A stretch of 64,000 nucleotides of DNA from Zygnema circumcarinatum SAG 698-1b (taxonomy: Eukaryota; Plantae; Zygnematophyceae): assembly GCA_037447605.1 (NCBI GenBank), contig CM074818.1, positions 2,120,617-2,184,616 on the forward strand. The letters run 5' to 3'. Below, one piece after another: positions 36,630 through 61,240 of this stretch. The translations under genes and the position numbers were made by a program. Position 1 is the stretch's first letter, and each line of letters begins with the position of its first letter. Under the pieces are notes generated by a model. That model did not search any database. It saw only the letters and a list, made by a program, of their open reading frames with translations, and was not told the origin of the DNA.

Positions 36630-37917
36630 ATGGGTGTGGACGCGGCAGAGCTGTCTACGCTGGGCGGCATTGCCACAGTTTCCATTCTGCACTCGTTCAT
36701 TCCCACGCATTGGTTGCCCTTCTCAATCGTCGGCCGCGCCCAGAACTGGACCATCACTCAGACCCTTATCATCAGTACGTTTCTCATGAATTTTTTTTTT
36801 TTTTTGTTTTTGGGGTGTTTGTTGCGGTAGAGATCTTGCGTTGAATCCCTTTGTTTTTTATTTCTTATTTATTCTCAGTACGTTTTTCAATTTTTTTATA
36901 GAAAAATTAGAAAGAAAATTCAAAATGTTGAGGATCCGTAGCATTGTAAAGTCAGTGAGGCACTCCAGGACGGAGAGAGGGAGAGAAGAAGAGAGGATGG
37001 GTGAGGGAAGTAGAGAGAGGGGGTCTAGAGAGACTGTGGGATAGAGAAGCGGGAGACGGGGGGAGGGGGGGGGAGAGTGGCAGAGGGATACAACGAGAGA
37101 GGAGGGAAACAGAGAGGGAGAGGGATTATTTCAATTGTTTCTAACCTTCTTTCCATTATAATTAAGTTCCGCCCACAAAAAAACAACTTTTTCTTTTGCC
37201 TGCCTTCTTATACACCCTTTTCTAACACCTTCATATCCTCGCCCATCTCTTCCTCCCCCTTTTTCCCACTCTCCCTCTTTTTCTCCCTGGTCCCCTCCTC
37301 CCTCCCTTCTCGCTCTCTCTCTTCCCCCCCTCCCTCCCTCTCGCTCTCTTTCTTCCCCCCCCCCTCCACCCCCACCTTCAGCTGCTCTTGGAGCCGTCGG
37401 CCATGTCATTTCCACCTCCCTTCTCGGCTTTACAGCCGTCACTATGGCTCACACCCTAGCGGGAGAGGAGACAGTCAACAACATAGCTTCCCTCCTCCTC
37501 GTCTTCCTCGGAGCCTCCTACATAGTCCTTTTCATGATTGGAAAAGGCGGCCATTTCCATGCTCACAGTCACGGGGGAAGCATGGATAAGATGGCTGTTG
37601 CGGGCCTCATATTGGTCCCTGTCCTCTCTCCCTGCGCTACCACTCTCCCTGTCTTCTTAGCTGTAGGGGACTCAGGAAAGGGAGCCATGCTATTGGCTGT
37701 GGTGGTGCTTCTGATCTCCACCACCACAGTCATGACCTCGCTGGTAGCCCTCTCATTCTACGGAACGGCGCAACTGAAGTTTCATTGGATAGAAAAATAC
37801 GATAAGTTGCTGGTGGGGTCGGTGCTCTGCATTGTCGGAATCATGACGCACTTGTTCCATCATCATGACCACGGGAGCTTTGAGGATGTGCACTTGAAAG
37901 GAGGGCATGTACACTAG
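36630..37917 (+). CDS. His-rich Ni/Co-transporter-like (NiCoT/RcnA/UreH-type) membrane protein; exons 36630-36774 and 37382-37917
   Basis: SILHSFIPTHWLPFSIVGRAQNW, GHVISTSLLG, GGHFHAHSH, LSPCATTLP and C-terminal HHHDH. The phase-1 intron GTACGT...ttcAG joins cleanly. A close counterpart of this sequence exists in land plants (recalled). Confidence 0.85.
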
Positions 37918-37984
37918 GGAGGGAGGGAGGGAGGAAGGGAGAGAGAGAGGGAGAGGGTGAGGGGGGGGGAGTGGAAAGCGAGGG

Positions 37985-38345
37985 AGGGAGAGAGGGAGAG
38001 AGAGAGAGGGGGGGTTGAATGAGCGAGGGAGGGTGAAAGTGAAGGAGAGTGATGGAGTCGTAGCTTTGAAACCACGAGGATGTATGCTCCAGAGTTTTAG
38101 GGTTTCGCTTGTTTGGGAGGGCGTTGTCCCTACTCTTTGGAAAGCGAGGGAGGGAGAGAGGGAGGGAGAGAGAGGAAAGCGAGGGAGGGAGAGAGGGAGA
38201 GAGAGAGAGAGAGAGGGGGGGGTTGAATGAGCGAGGGAGGGTGAAAGTGAAGGAGAGTGATGGAGTCGTAGCTTTGAAACCACGAGGATGTATGCTCCAG
38301 AGTTTTAGGGTTTCGCTTGTTTGGGAGGGCGTTGTCCCTACTCTT
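37985..38345. repeat. Two-copy direct repeat (~209-bp period) downstream of the transporter
   Basis: ggttgaatgagcgagggagg...ttgtccctactctt occurs at 38012 and 38221. Confidence 0.9.
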
Positions 38346-38678
38346 CTTATTTTTTTCAAGATAAGTAACAAGTCGGTTAAGGAATCATAGAGCCTTTGGT
38401 CAACTATGTCAAAGTGGCTAAATTAAAAGTGATTTACCACGTTGTCACTATCTTAACATTTGATATTTTTTTGAAACGTTGTATTTGCATTTATTCTCAA
38501 TGTAATACAAAGTTTCGATTTGGCTTTTTATTTGCCATGATTTGGATGGATGGACGGATGTCATCATTTCACAGGCAAACAGGTTTGTGCCTCGACGTCT
38601 AGTTTTCACCCTTTGGCCTCGCCTCCCGTCCCGGCTCCTGCGGCGTCTCTACTCCACATCCCCCTCTCTCTCCCGCTC

Positions 38679-38710
<32 letters not shown>

Positions 38711-38860
38711 GCTCTTCCGCTCCGCTCCTCATCTTCCTCACCCTTTTTCACACCTCTCTCCGTCCCTCCTTCACTGAACTCCGTTCCAACCCGACAAGCA
38801 GCCGTCCTTCACCAAAAGATTACCACTATCTTGAACTAGAAAAAGGAGAGAAAGGGGAGA

Positions 38861-38904
<44 letters not shown>

Positions 38905-39222
38905 AGAAGGGAAAGGGGAAGGGGGAGGGGGAGGGGGAGGGGGGAGGGGCAAAAAGGGGGATGTGGGGGGATAGAGAGAGCAGGCTTCTTAATCCTGAAT
39001 GAATTCATGCGCTCCTCTGACAAAAGCGTCTCCACCCAATGTAATTGAGTCATTTGAATCATTATAATTCCGCTACAGTACCAGCATTTGAGATCAGAAA
39101 GGCCTCTACAACCTAAGCTTTGACTAACCGTAATCTGACATAGAGGAGCTGTTTCACCAACCCGCAGTAATACAAACACGGTTGAATACTTTTGATACCG
39201 CTTACATTTAGAAGTTGATACT

Positions 39223-41206
39223 TTACTTGGATCGGCCCCTGTCCGAGTGGAACGCTCCTGAGATCCCATCTTTAACAGCTTTTCCAGCTCGAGCCATATT
39301 CAAGTAGCAGCGCCGACTTATCAGCCCAGCTGACTTTATAAACCTGCAACATGATCACATTCAAAGTGACCGTATCTGCTTAGACGATAGCAGAGTAGAC
39401 TCCCTCCTCTCTCCTTCCGCTCCCCCTCTCTCCTCCCCCTCCCCCTCTCCCATTTGTATCACTCAAACACGCAAAGCCTGGGCTCCGGGAGGACCAATTT
39501 ATGAATTACCATAGAAGTCGCTGAAAAGGGTATTTGTAAATCACCTGCCAGCGAACTCGTCCTGCGAAACACCGGCAATGCCTCCAAGAGGTCGGAATGT
39601 TCCAGACTGTGGAGGCCGAATTGGAGAATTTTGACCTGCTGAAGGGCATCCGAAATTCCACATGTATCTAATCATCAGCGAGGCAACAACAATGGGTCTG
39701 TTAAAAAGTAATTACTTATTGAATTTCAGTTATCTGGTTGAAACTTCAGCTGAACCTTTATAAAAAGTCGACATAAATCACAAAACATCAAACGAAAGCC
39801 AAAACGAGGCATATACTTTGCCTACTCCTCTTCCCAAGCCGCCTTACCTGCAACCTCGTTATCTGCAGCCTCTATGGGCTCCGGAGAAGCGCCTGCACTC
39901 TGCCCCCTTGGAGAAGGTGAGCCTGCTTGCTTGCCCTCCATTCTATCTGCAAGAATCTGCAGTCCCAAGATCACATCGACCAACAGGTCAGTATATCAGT
40001 AACCGTCTACTTCTCTCAAAGCCCCAAAAGGGAAAGCAGCGATTACAGTCTCTCTCTCTCCCTCATCCTTTCCCTCCCTCGCTCCCCCACTCTCTGCCCC
40101 CCTCCCCTTCCCCCTTCCCTTCACCCTCGCCGTCCCCCTCCCCCGTCCGCCCTCCCCTTCCCCTCCCCATCTCCCTCACTCTCTCTCTCACACACACAGC
40201 ATCACAGCAGAAAAGCCCGCTTGGAATAATGCAAAAAACCTGAAAGAAATAAGTTCAAGTTTAAAGCAAACTGTACGTAGCTTCTTCCAAGTCTGTCTGT
40301 CTCACCTCGATGCCCTGGCAAAGGGGAAGAGTTCCTGCAGTACTGTTTGCCTCAGTTGGCGAGCCTGTTGGGTTAGAATTTCTGTAAAGGGAATAGCCTA
40401 TACATGCATATTTGAAGTCTGCGAGACGGCGGCATTCCTTCTCAGCAGCAGACTCTCCTCTACGCAGGGGAGTGCCACCTGTCACAAGGAAAGCAATGAG
40501 AGAAAAAGCAATAAGCATCTTAATTTGTGATAGATTTTCCTTGTCCAACATAATGCGTTGTGCTGAGATGTCTAAACGAGCTCAGCTCAAGGGGAATAAA
40601 CTGAGGAAGCCAGCAAACTGACTGCACTTTGGAAAGATTTCATTTTGATGCCGGTAAACAACAAGGGGGTGGGGGGTGGGGGGTGGGGGGTGGTTCAGAC
40701 TTGGCTTGATTTATAGTGTCCAGGGTCAGAGCCCATAGCAAGCAAATCCTGATTCCATAATGTGAACCCAAGTCTGAAATCCCATCATGTAGACTTAAAC
40801 GAGCAGCTTATATGATAATTCACTTGGTTTCAATCATCGAAAACGGCTCATCATTACCTGGGACGTTTTCTGTCTGGCGAACTCCAATACACACCGGATT
40901 CCGACCGTTCTCTTTTAGACGCTGAGAGAATATCAAGCAGCCCTTGCAGCTGCTTGCTGTTCCGCTTTCCCCACCATTACTTTTGCTGCTGTTGCGTTGC
41001 TCGCTCCCTGCATCTGCATTATCTCTTCTCTCTTCCCTCCTCCTTTCGTCCACATCTTCATCAGGAAAGCCCCCAATACTTCTCCTGCTCTCCCGCAAGC
41101 TGCTACCATCGACTGCTTCTCCTCCCAAAGGGGCTCTTCTGTCATGCATGACTCGCTCTCCGACCGCAGAACCTGATGAGTCTACTCCTACCTCCTGTTC
41201 AAGCAT
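39223..41206 (-). CDS. Conserved plant protein of unknown function, At3g51100-like. Exons 40858-41206, 40306-40478, 39848-39956, 39545-39638 (NAGNAG acceptor), 39223-39343
   Basis: [52 protein letters not shown] and [30 protein letters not shown] match the family as I recall it. Splice phases are consistent. Confidence 0.8.
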
Positions 41207-41276
41207 ATTTCTTTCCTCGCTCACTCTCTCCCACTTTATTTTTCTCTCTCTCTCACTCTCTCTCCTCTCTCCCCAC

Positions 41277-41401
<125 letters not shown>

Positions 41402-41651
41402 CTTTCCTTCTTTTCCCTTCACTCTTAACCCTAACCCTAATCTCGTCCTTCGTCTTCTCCCAGCATGATCCTCACATATTCCAAACAAACGATTTCTGAA
41501 TCATAATGTATCCGGCGCCTGAATGAATATCCTCTCCATCATCCTGCTCACATGTCATTTCTGCATTACATTATGATCTGTTGTTCTGAGCTTGCGGGTC
41601 TCACAGCTCCAAATCTTCACGACCCGTACATCTGCCGCACGTCCTGCCAAT

Positions 41652-41851
41652 AGGGGGAGTCAGACCTTGACCATCGCCAAACCAATTTCGTAAGCCTGCC
41701 GGGAGAATTAAGATTGGCTAGGTACGCATTTCGGAACGGCTGTGTACTGCAGAGCCGCGGATCTTGACCCGGAATCCGTACACGAAACTTTGACTTTTAG
41801 TATAAGGAATTCGGAAATTTCGTAAGCGATGGTCAAGGTCTGACTCCCCGT
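41652..41851. mobile_element. MITE, AGGGGG-TIR family (200 bp), opposite orientation to the 9974 copy
   Basis: 26-bp TIR with 1 mismatch; AAT at 41649-41651 and 41852-41854. Confidence 0.9.
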
Positions 41852-42691
41852 AATGAAAATTGTTCACGTGGACAAAGTGCTGACGTGTCTCTTAGTTATT
41901 GGTTCAATTTCCTGAATAGGAACCCGAAAAAAGTTTTCCGACTGCGGAAACCCACATACGGAATACTGAAAAAGTGTCCGCTGCTGATGTATGACTACGT
42001 CATTGAGATTAAACTTCCAACGTAGTTTTCTGTCGGCCAAAGCCGGAACTACATTTTCTGCAAGAGCCGAGTTTCCTCTAATAAAATTTCGTCACATGTA
42101 CAATTTCTAACGTGGCAAACTGTGATTGGTTTATTTTCGACTTCTCAAAAACGGGTCTCGAGGGGGAGGGAGGCCGGCGTTCTCAGTTGCAAGAATTTCC
42201 CTTGCAAAAATGAAAAAAAATGCGCTGCTAGTTTACAGGAGCCGCTGCGATATGCATGTCTCTATGATTCCAACGTGAAGTAAGCACGAAATCATCAATA
42301 TTGAATCAATACGTACGCTCTTGAGGTACTTTTCTTTGCATGTTTGGCAATTTTTTGTTGGTTTTGTTTTTGGTGTGTTTTGAAGCCTGTCAAGGTTGCT
42401 GCTTGCAAGGAAGAAAGCGGTCTGGTGATTTTTTCTCAAGTCCAGCTAGTATGAATCAATACACTGCTCATATTTTTGTACCTATCTCGAACATTCTGTC
42501 ATCTGCTTACTTGTATTGACGCTTTCAAGGTTGCGGCTTGTCAAAACGGAAAGATTAGCTACTTCAGTTATGTTTCAGAAGGTGTTTGGAGCTTACTTAC
42601 TGCCTGTGAGGGTTTCGCTTTTCTTTCTTTTGCTAAGGGAGTCTGTTTACATGTTTCTGTTGCGTTCAGCAGTCAGTTAAACTGCAGCTCA

Positions 42692-43207
42692 ATGGAATCT
42701 TGGAGAGTGAAAAAGGATAAGGTGGCCTTGAAGGAGGTTAAGAAGGAGGAGTTGGCGAAGGAGAAGGAGAGGAAGAGACAAGAGAAGGCCGCTGAGGAGC
42801 AAAAGCTCAAGAAGATCACATACTTTTTGAAAAAACGGAAGTATGACATGCAGTTCATTCCCAACTTTCAAACCATAAACAGCAAGGGCTTCTTGAAACT
42901 GTTTCAAATGCTACAGAAAGAAATCGACCCCTCCTCGTCTGCAGTTCGCGGTAATGTGTGCACTGAAATCCCCCGCCATTTGGAGAAGCTGCAATGTCCG
43001 ACCCCTGTAAGGCGAAACGTATCAGGGCCGGGGCCGCCTGGAAACTGGGAAGGCCTTTTGGATTCGGTGCTGTGGCTTGTTGAGCTCCTCAAGTTCAAGA
43101 AAGTGCTCGAGAAGAAAGGGAGATCTGTAGCTGCGCAGATCTTGCGAGATTATGATAACAATATCGGTAAAGCATATCGGTATTATCTGACGAACCACGT
43201 TGGGTGA
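42692..43207 (+). CDS. NDC80: NDC80/HEC1 calponin-homology domain ORF, apparently truncated (no long coiled coil)
   Basis: KITYFLKKRKY..NSKGFLKLFQMLQKEIDP...EIPRHLEKLQCPTPV..VSGPGPPGNWEGLLDSVLWLVEL resembles the Ndc80_HEC pattern (F..L...+DP...E+P..LK.L.YP...+G.P..WP.+L..L.WLVEL). The ORF is uninterrupted for 171 codons. Confidence 0.65.
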   Translation: MESWRVKKDKVALKEVKKEELAKEKERKRQEKAAEEQKLKKITYFLKKRKYDMQFIPNFQTINSKGFLKLFQMLQKEIDPSSSAVRGNVCTEIPRHLEKLQCPTPVRRNVSGPGPPGNWEGLLDSVLWLVELLKFKKVLEKKGRSVAAQILRDYDNNIGKAYRYYLTNHVG

Positions 43208-44169
43208 GAACAACAGCTGCAATCCTGGTTTCAGGATACGAAATTTACCTTGATTCAAAGAGCATGTGAGGTCCACTAGTTCGCCAACCTCTTCAGAATC
43301 TCACTTTTTCTTCTCTAATCGATTTTTATTTTGTCTCACAGACGTGATGGCGTATTAGGTACATCGGCTTCTTTGTGAGGTTAAGTGAAAGTAGCTTTAA
43401 TCCATGCTTGCAGCCATGCATAACAAGGAATGCGTACGGTTTACACTTTACACTATAGACATCAGAGCTTTGCGATATGCATATGTGTATGTGGTGGTGT
43501 TTTGAAGGGCTTGTCAACCAGCCTAACGCCATCCGTCGTGCAGGTACAGTCTCGCTTTTCCGTGCTTTTTTTGTAGATTCATGTTGCCATGCGATCATCT
43601 CGTCAAGTAAATCGACCGTCAGTTATCTATTCGGTTCCATTGCATAATAAGAAAAATAATTTCGGTGGAGGCTACAGTTCTGATTTTGGATGTTAAAAAT
43701 TGATGTTCGACGCTTAATGGAAATGGCGTTGAATGATAGAAACGTGGAAGAAGTAGTCAGAAGGAAAAGAAAGGAAACAAAGAAGTAAACGAATATCCCT
43801 TCTGAATCTCCAAACCTCACTCTCAACCTTCAAACAAAAAATAGAAAAAATTATCAATCTTTTGCTATTATTATTATTATTATTATTTTTTGTTAAATTC
43901 AGGCCACGAAATCCAAAGTTATTTGCGAAATGCCCATTGGCAAAAACTTTTTAGGGTGGGCGAAAAAAAAAATCGCCGACCCAAAAAGAGAACTCGCGCT
44001 GGACCAAGTTAAGGCAGGGGTAAGAAAAAAATCGTGAACCCTAAAAGTGGCCTAAAAGGAGAATCAAAGAAAGCAAAAGAGTTTTCCCTTTTGGATCTTC
44101 AAAATCTCACTCCTCTCAACTTTCAAATCTCGGATTTGTAATTAAGAAAAATCTAAAGGAATTTTGCGC

Positions 44170-45240
44170 TTACTCCAAAACTTCGTGCACTATGAGAGGC
44201 TCCTCCAAAGGAGGGGTGGGAGGCTCTCTGCTTGTGAAAGTGAGGCCCGCAAAGAGCAGGAGGGAGAGGGAGACTCCCGCAGCCATGAGGCGGAAAAGGT
44301 ACACTGCAAAAAGGAAAAAAAAGAAAAAGAAAAAAATTGAAAAAAAAAAAAAGAACACATTTTTACCTGGAAAGAAACGCCATGTTCAAAATATGATTCA
44401 AAGTTCAATCCAAACATTTAGAAAAGTAAGAAAAAACGTATATATATAATATAAAATTTACCTGCTCCAAACCGTTCGTAGACGTATCCTGCCAATAAGC
44501 TTCCAAGGCCTGACCCCACATTGAAGAACGTTATATTGAACAGGACCTGCCAGCATGGCTCCCACCCGCCATAGTCAGCAGGAAGAAGCCACCCTCTCTC
44601 CCTCTCCCCCTCTCTCTCTCTCTCTCTCTTGAGCACTCCCTCTCCCACTTGCTCTCTCCCCCTCACTCTCACTTCATTCCCCCCTCCCTCCCTCCCTCCC
44701 TCCCTCCCTCCCCCTCTCTCCCTCCCTCTCCCACTCTCTCCCCGCTCCCCGCTCCCCGCTCCCTTCTCCCATTCCCCGTCTACTCCATCTCCCTCTGCCC
44801 CTTGCCCCTCTCTCTCCCCCCCTCTCCCCCTCCCTCCAACCCCCCTCTCTTCCCACCTCCCCCTCCATCCCTTCCCTTCCCTTCTCATTCCGATTTTCAG
44901 ACTCTCTCTGGAAACCACGAGGAGGGGGTAACCTGCGTTGTGGCGGAGAGTTCCGGAGGAGCGATAGAGCCCGCATGCGTAGTTCCTGCATAGAACATGG
45001 CCGTCAGTTTAAGAGCAAACCCTAAAAAAAGGACAATAGATATCCTTGAACAATCGCCAAAACGAGCACGAGAACGAGAGGGAAGAGAGAGATACACAGA
45101 AAGTGAGGTGTAGAGCAGGAGAGGAGGGGGAGAGAGGGACGGAAAGGGGAGGAGGGAATGGCGAATTCCGGGACTGAGGAAAGAGGGAAACAAAGTGAGA
45201 GACAGGATGGAGAGGGAGAGGAAAAAAAGGAAAGGGACTT

Positions 45241-45300
<60 letters not shown>

Positions 45301-45471
45301 TCCCTCTCGCGAGGTTCTGAGTTGTGCTCACCGACTGAAAAGCCCCACCCGAAAGTGATGCCATGGAGGACCTCTATGGGGAGGACCATCCATGGGTTCC
45401 AAATCCACGAGTAGTAAAGAAGCCTGCAAAACGTACACAGCTTCTCTCGGAATTTCGCTCCCCCCCTCACA

Positions 45472-45502
<31 letters not shown>

Positions 45503-48092
45503 TCTCTCTCACTCTCTCACTCTCCCCCTCTCTCTCACTCACACTCTCTCTCTATCTCCCTCTCTCTCCATCTCATGAGAGCACAGTGGGAGTTTACAGA
45601 TCTGTCCGTGTACCTGACAATATAGGCAATGAACACAAGGCATAGAACGCCGGAAACTCCAAAAGTTCGAACTGCAGTTCCGGAAAGATACATCGCCGGT
45701 ACTTCTGCCGCACACCTGCACCCCTTTCCGTTCCAATTTTGAGCTCTTATTCTTCAAAAGCATCACACCAATACAATGAAGATAATTCATCAATACAATG
45801 ACGCCCTTCAAAACCACTGAAGAAACCCTAACCCTAACCCTAACCATACCTATACCAGAGACAGCTCAAATACCCTCAAATTGAAGGAAATTGGAACTTG
45901 CATTCTGCAGCATTCTGCAATTGCACACATGAACAAGTTATGAAGCCCAAGCATTCGGACTTACATGATAGTTAGGGTTAGGCCCATGAGGGTTGTGTTT
46001 CCTCCGAGCTCCTCCAGGTAGAGAAACACATAGTTCATGGAGCCCGTTGCCATCCCCATCACGAGCACAACTGCGAAAAAGGCCGCCACGCTTGGTCGGC
46101 TAAAAAGAGTTTTCAAAGCAGAAAAAAATTCGACCATTTGGAGCCCCTTCTGAGGCTCTTTCCCTCCGTTTCCGTCTTCTTTCAGTTGAGTGGTGACGAG
46201 TGCGCAGAGCGACATCACTGCCAGCCGCCATGACATCACTTTAGTTATGTCGAGCATAAGAAGGTGATGTGGGGAGTGCAAACACTCGGTTAGGGTTAGG
46301 GTTCAGGACAGGGTTAGGTTTAACGTTAGGATTAGGTTCGGGTTTCAGGTAGGATTAAAGAGGTTGGGGTAGAGTTAGGATTAGGGTTATTAGGATTGGG
46401 GTTAGGGTTTGGATTAGGGTTTAGGTCTAACGTTAAAGTTAGGGTCAAATGTAAGAATTGTGATTAGGGTCAGGATGAGAGTGAGGATTAGAGTTATGGT
46501 TAAGGTTAGGGTTAGGGTTCGGGTTAGGGTAGAGTTAGGGTTAGGGTTAGGGTTAGGGTTAGGGTTAGGGTTAGGGTTAGAGTTAGGGTTCGGGTTAGGG
46601 TAGAGTTAGGGTTAGAGTTAGGGTTATGGCTAGGGTTAGGGTTAGGGTAGAGTTAGGGTTGGGGTTAGGGTTAGGGAAGAGTTAGGGTGAGGTTTGGGGT
46701 TAGGTTAGAGTTCAAGTTAAGATTGAGCTTAGACTTAGGGTGAGGGTTCAAGTTAGGATTAGGGTTAGAGTTAGGGTTACGATTAGGAGTTAGGGTTAGA
46801 GTTGGAGTGGATTAGGACTAGACTTAGGGTTAGGGCTAGCGTTAGGAATAGGGTTAAAGTTAAGGTTACGGTTAGGGTTAGAGTAAGGGTTCGGGCTACG
46901 GTTAGGAAGGATTACAGGAAGATTTACAGTTAGAGTCAGAGTTAGGGTTAGGGTTAAATAAAGCGTTAAGGTTAGAGTTAGGCTTAGAGATATGGCTAGG
47001 GTGAAAGTTAGGGTTAGGTTTGGAGATAGTGTTCGAGTTAGACTTAAGGGTAAAGTCAGGCTTAGGGTTAAATTTAGGGTTTACGTAACGGTTAGGGTTA
47101 GGAATATGGATAGGCATTCTTATATTTACATTAACTGCAAGATAAGGCCCACGATCATACACACGAGATGGCTGTAGAAGATTGAATGCATTCCAATGAC
47201 ATCTATGAGAAGTCCCGCGAGAGGGCTCATCAATCCCCACCCTACTGCTCCCCATAGCCTCTGCATGTGTCCCCCCCTCACCCCCCCCAAAATGAAAAAA
47301 ATGAATAGAAAATGAATGAGAGAGAGAGGGGAGAGAGAGAGGGAGGGGGAGAAAGAGAGAGAGAGGAAGGGAGGGAGAGGGAGGAGAAGTGAGAGAGAGG
47401 GAGGGAGAGAGAGAGGGGAGAGAGAGGGAGAGGGAGAGAGAGAGAGAGCGGGAGAGAGGGAGAGAGAAGGGGAGTGCGGGAGAGAGGCAGGGAGAGGGAG
47501 AGAGGCAGGGAGAGGGAGAGAGACGGGAGAGAGAGATAGGGAGAGAGACTGACCCTGAACCTAGGGTTCAGGAGCACACCAGCTTCCCATAATCGGATTC
47601 ATCCGGCAGCGCTCGCAGGGCCAACACATCCACAAGCACCGCACTGTTCGATCCCGTCGAAGCAATTATGCAACTGAGCCAAAAATATTGCCAAAATCCT
47701 TTCCCCCACCCAACGGCAAACCGAGTAATCGATGCTATTATGTGCGTAAAAAGCAAAATTTCCTTCGGCTTTTGGGTATAGTCTACCACCACTCCCCAGA
47801 CCGCTCCCGTGGGCAAACTTACTACCTGCTGCATTGCCAGAATGCCTCCGATTTCACCCTCAGAAAGGCCCGAACGGCGATAAAATATGGCTAAGTATGG
47901 AGTGAAGCAGGCCATGCCGGCGAAGGCAATGAGATACCAGAGCTTGAAGGGGAGGAGGCCCAGAGAGGGGCTGGGGAGGGGGGGCATTGGGGGAGGAGGG
48001 GGGGAGGGGGAAGCTTCCTGGAAGGTTCTCTGGAAGGAAGATTTCTGGAAGCTTTCTTGAGGTTCTTGGGAAGGGGGTGATGGAGGAGGCAT
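44170..48092 (-). CDS. Major facilitator superfamily transporter, MFSD6/MFS_1_like. Exons 47580-48092, ~47165-47260, ~45965-46220, 45614-45715, 45332-45423, 44933-44985, 44462-44546, 44170-44303
   Basis: FKLWYLIAFAGMACFTPYLAIFY, DYGKL|RLWGAVGWG, YVFLYLEELGG..LMGL, CAAEVPAMY, R|LLYYS...PWMVLPIEVLHGITFG and GSGLGSLLAG. Exon phases are consistent. Confidence 0.88.
46288..47101. repeat. Degenerate (TTAGGG)n array, ~810 bp, in an MFS intron
   Basis: Core 46500-46700 is nearly pure TTAGGG/TTAGAG/TTCGGG; the flanks are progressively degenerate. Confidence 0.9.
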
Positions 48093-48539
48093 CGAAATTC
48101 TGGAGAGGAGAAGGTTTTAGGGTTAGGGTTTGCTTGGTGGGGTTCAGGGGATGAAGGAGAGGGGGAGGTACAGTGGGGCTACTTAGATGAGGGAGGGAGA
48201 GAGGGGAGGAGGGGGGGAGAGAGGGAGAGAGGGAGAGAGGGAGGTACAGGAGCTAGATAGAGGACGGAGTGAGACAGGGAGAGGGAGGGGTGGAGAGAGT
48301 AGGAGAGAGGGAGAGGGAGAGAGAGAGAGGGAGGGGGAGAGAGGCGGAGAGAGGGAGAGCGAGAGGGAGAGGGAGATAGGGAGAGAGGGAGAGAGAGAGG
48401 GAAGAGGCGGCCTCAGGTGGCGGCACCATATGTCGGTGGTTTTACTTTACTGTATCCAATGTCGTTGGACTGTACGATGTTCGTGCGCTCAGTCGTAACT
48501 TTGAACCGTTGGTCCGAACTCCCAACAAGAGGGCGGGCC

Positions 48540-48795
48540 GTTGGATCAACCATTGAACCCAATGGTTGCGAACCATTGGTTGGCGAGCCGGCCAGCCATT
48601 GCCAATGGTTGCGAACCATTGGATTCAATGGTTGCGAACCATTGCTGCCAGACCGATAAAACCATTGCTATTCAATATTGGAACGACTGGATGGCCAATG
48701 GTTGCCAACCATTCGATTGGTTGCGAACCATTGGATGGCAATGGATGGCAGTGGATGGCAATGGTTGGACGTCCAAATGGTTGGCGATCCAATGG
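48540..48795. repeat. Array of palindromic CAATGGTTGCGAACCATTG units
   Basis: Perfect copies at 48560-48578, 48603-48621 and 48626-48644; variants at 48696 and 48716; many half-sites in between. Confidence 0.9.
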
Positions 48796-49063
48796 TCCCA
48801 CTTGCGGTCACATATCCATTTATTCAATCACAGAATGAGGCTTGGCATCCAGAAATTTCAAAAGAAATATTTACTTGAAAGAAATTAAAAAAAAGATGAA
48901 AGCTCAACATGGCCGGAGCCTTCCACCGAAAAAAGTTAAAAGAGCGAAAAATTGGGCATTGAGTTTTCCAGTTGATAGGCTGTGGGAATGTTTGCAGGCA
49001 TCGAAAAATATTACTTTTTGGGCCCCCTCAGATTGGAGCAGCTGCGGCTGGAGAGGGGTTGGG

Positions 49064-60892
<11,829 letters not shown>

Positions 60893-60907
60893 TCCTCCTC
60901 GTTGATC

Positions 60908-60968
60908 AACCCTAACCCTAATCCTGACCTAACCTTAACCCTAACCCTAACCCTAACCTAACCCTAAT
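60908..60968. promoter_or_regulatory. Short CCCTAA (telo-box-like) run immediately upstream of the MAP4K start
   Basis: About 10 degenerate CCCTAA units, 16 bp from the predicted ATG at 60892. Telo-boxes are known plant promoter elements; function here is inferred. Confidence 0.4.
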
Positions 60969-61240
60969 CTCAGTGTTCCGCCGTCACTCTGAAAAGAAAC
61001 ACCCTCCCCCCTTCGCCACATGACCTCCATATCCATGCTGCATGCATGGTCCACCTCAGCCTCCTTCTCCATGCTCAGCTTCCGCCATGGCTGCCGTCCT
61101 CCTCCCTCAGCGCAACCATGGCTGCCTTCAACTCGCAAATTCTCAAGGTGGACGAATGTACGGACCATTTTATGGCGGACGTTCCCGTCCATAAAAGTAC
61201 CATACGAAATCCAACGGTCACTTTTGGAAAAAGAACGGTA

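Noticed and set aside
48540-48795. CRISPR array
   Set aside because: The spacers are very short, irregular and made of repeat half-sites; there are no cas genes; the context is eukaryotic.
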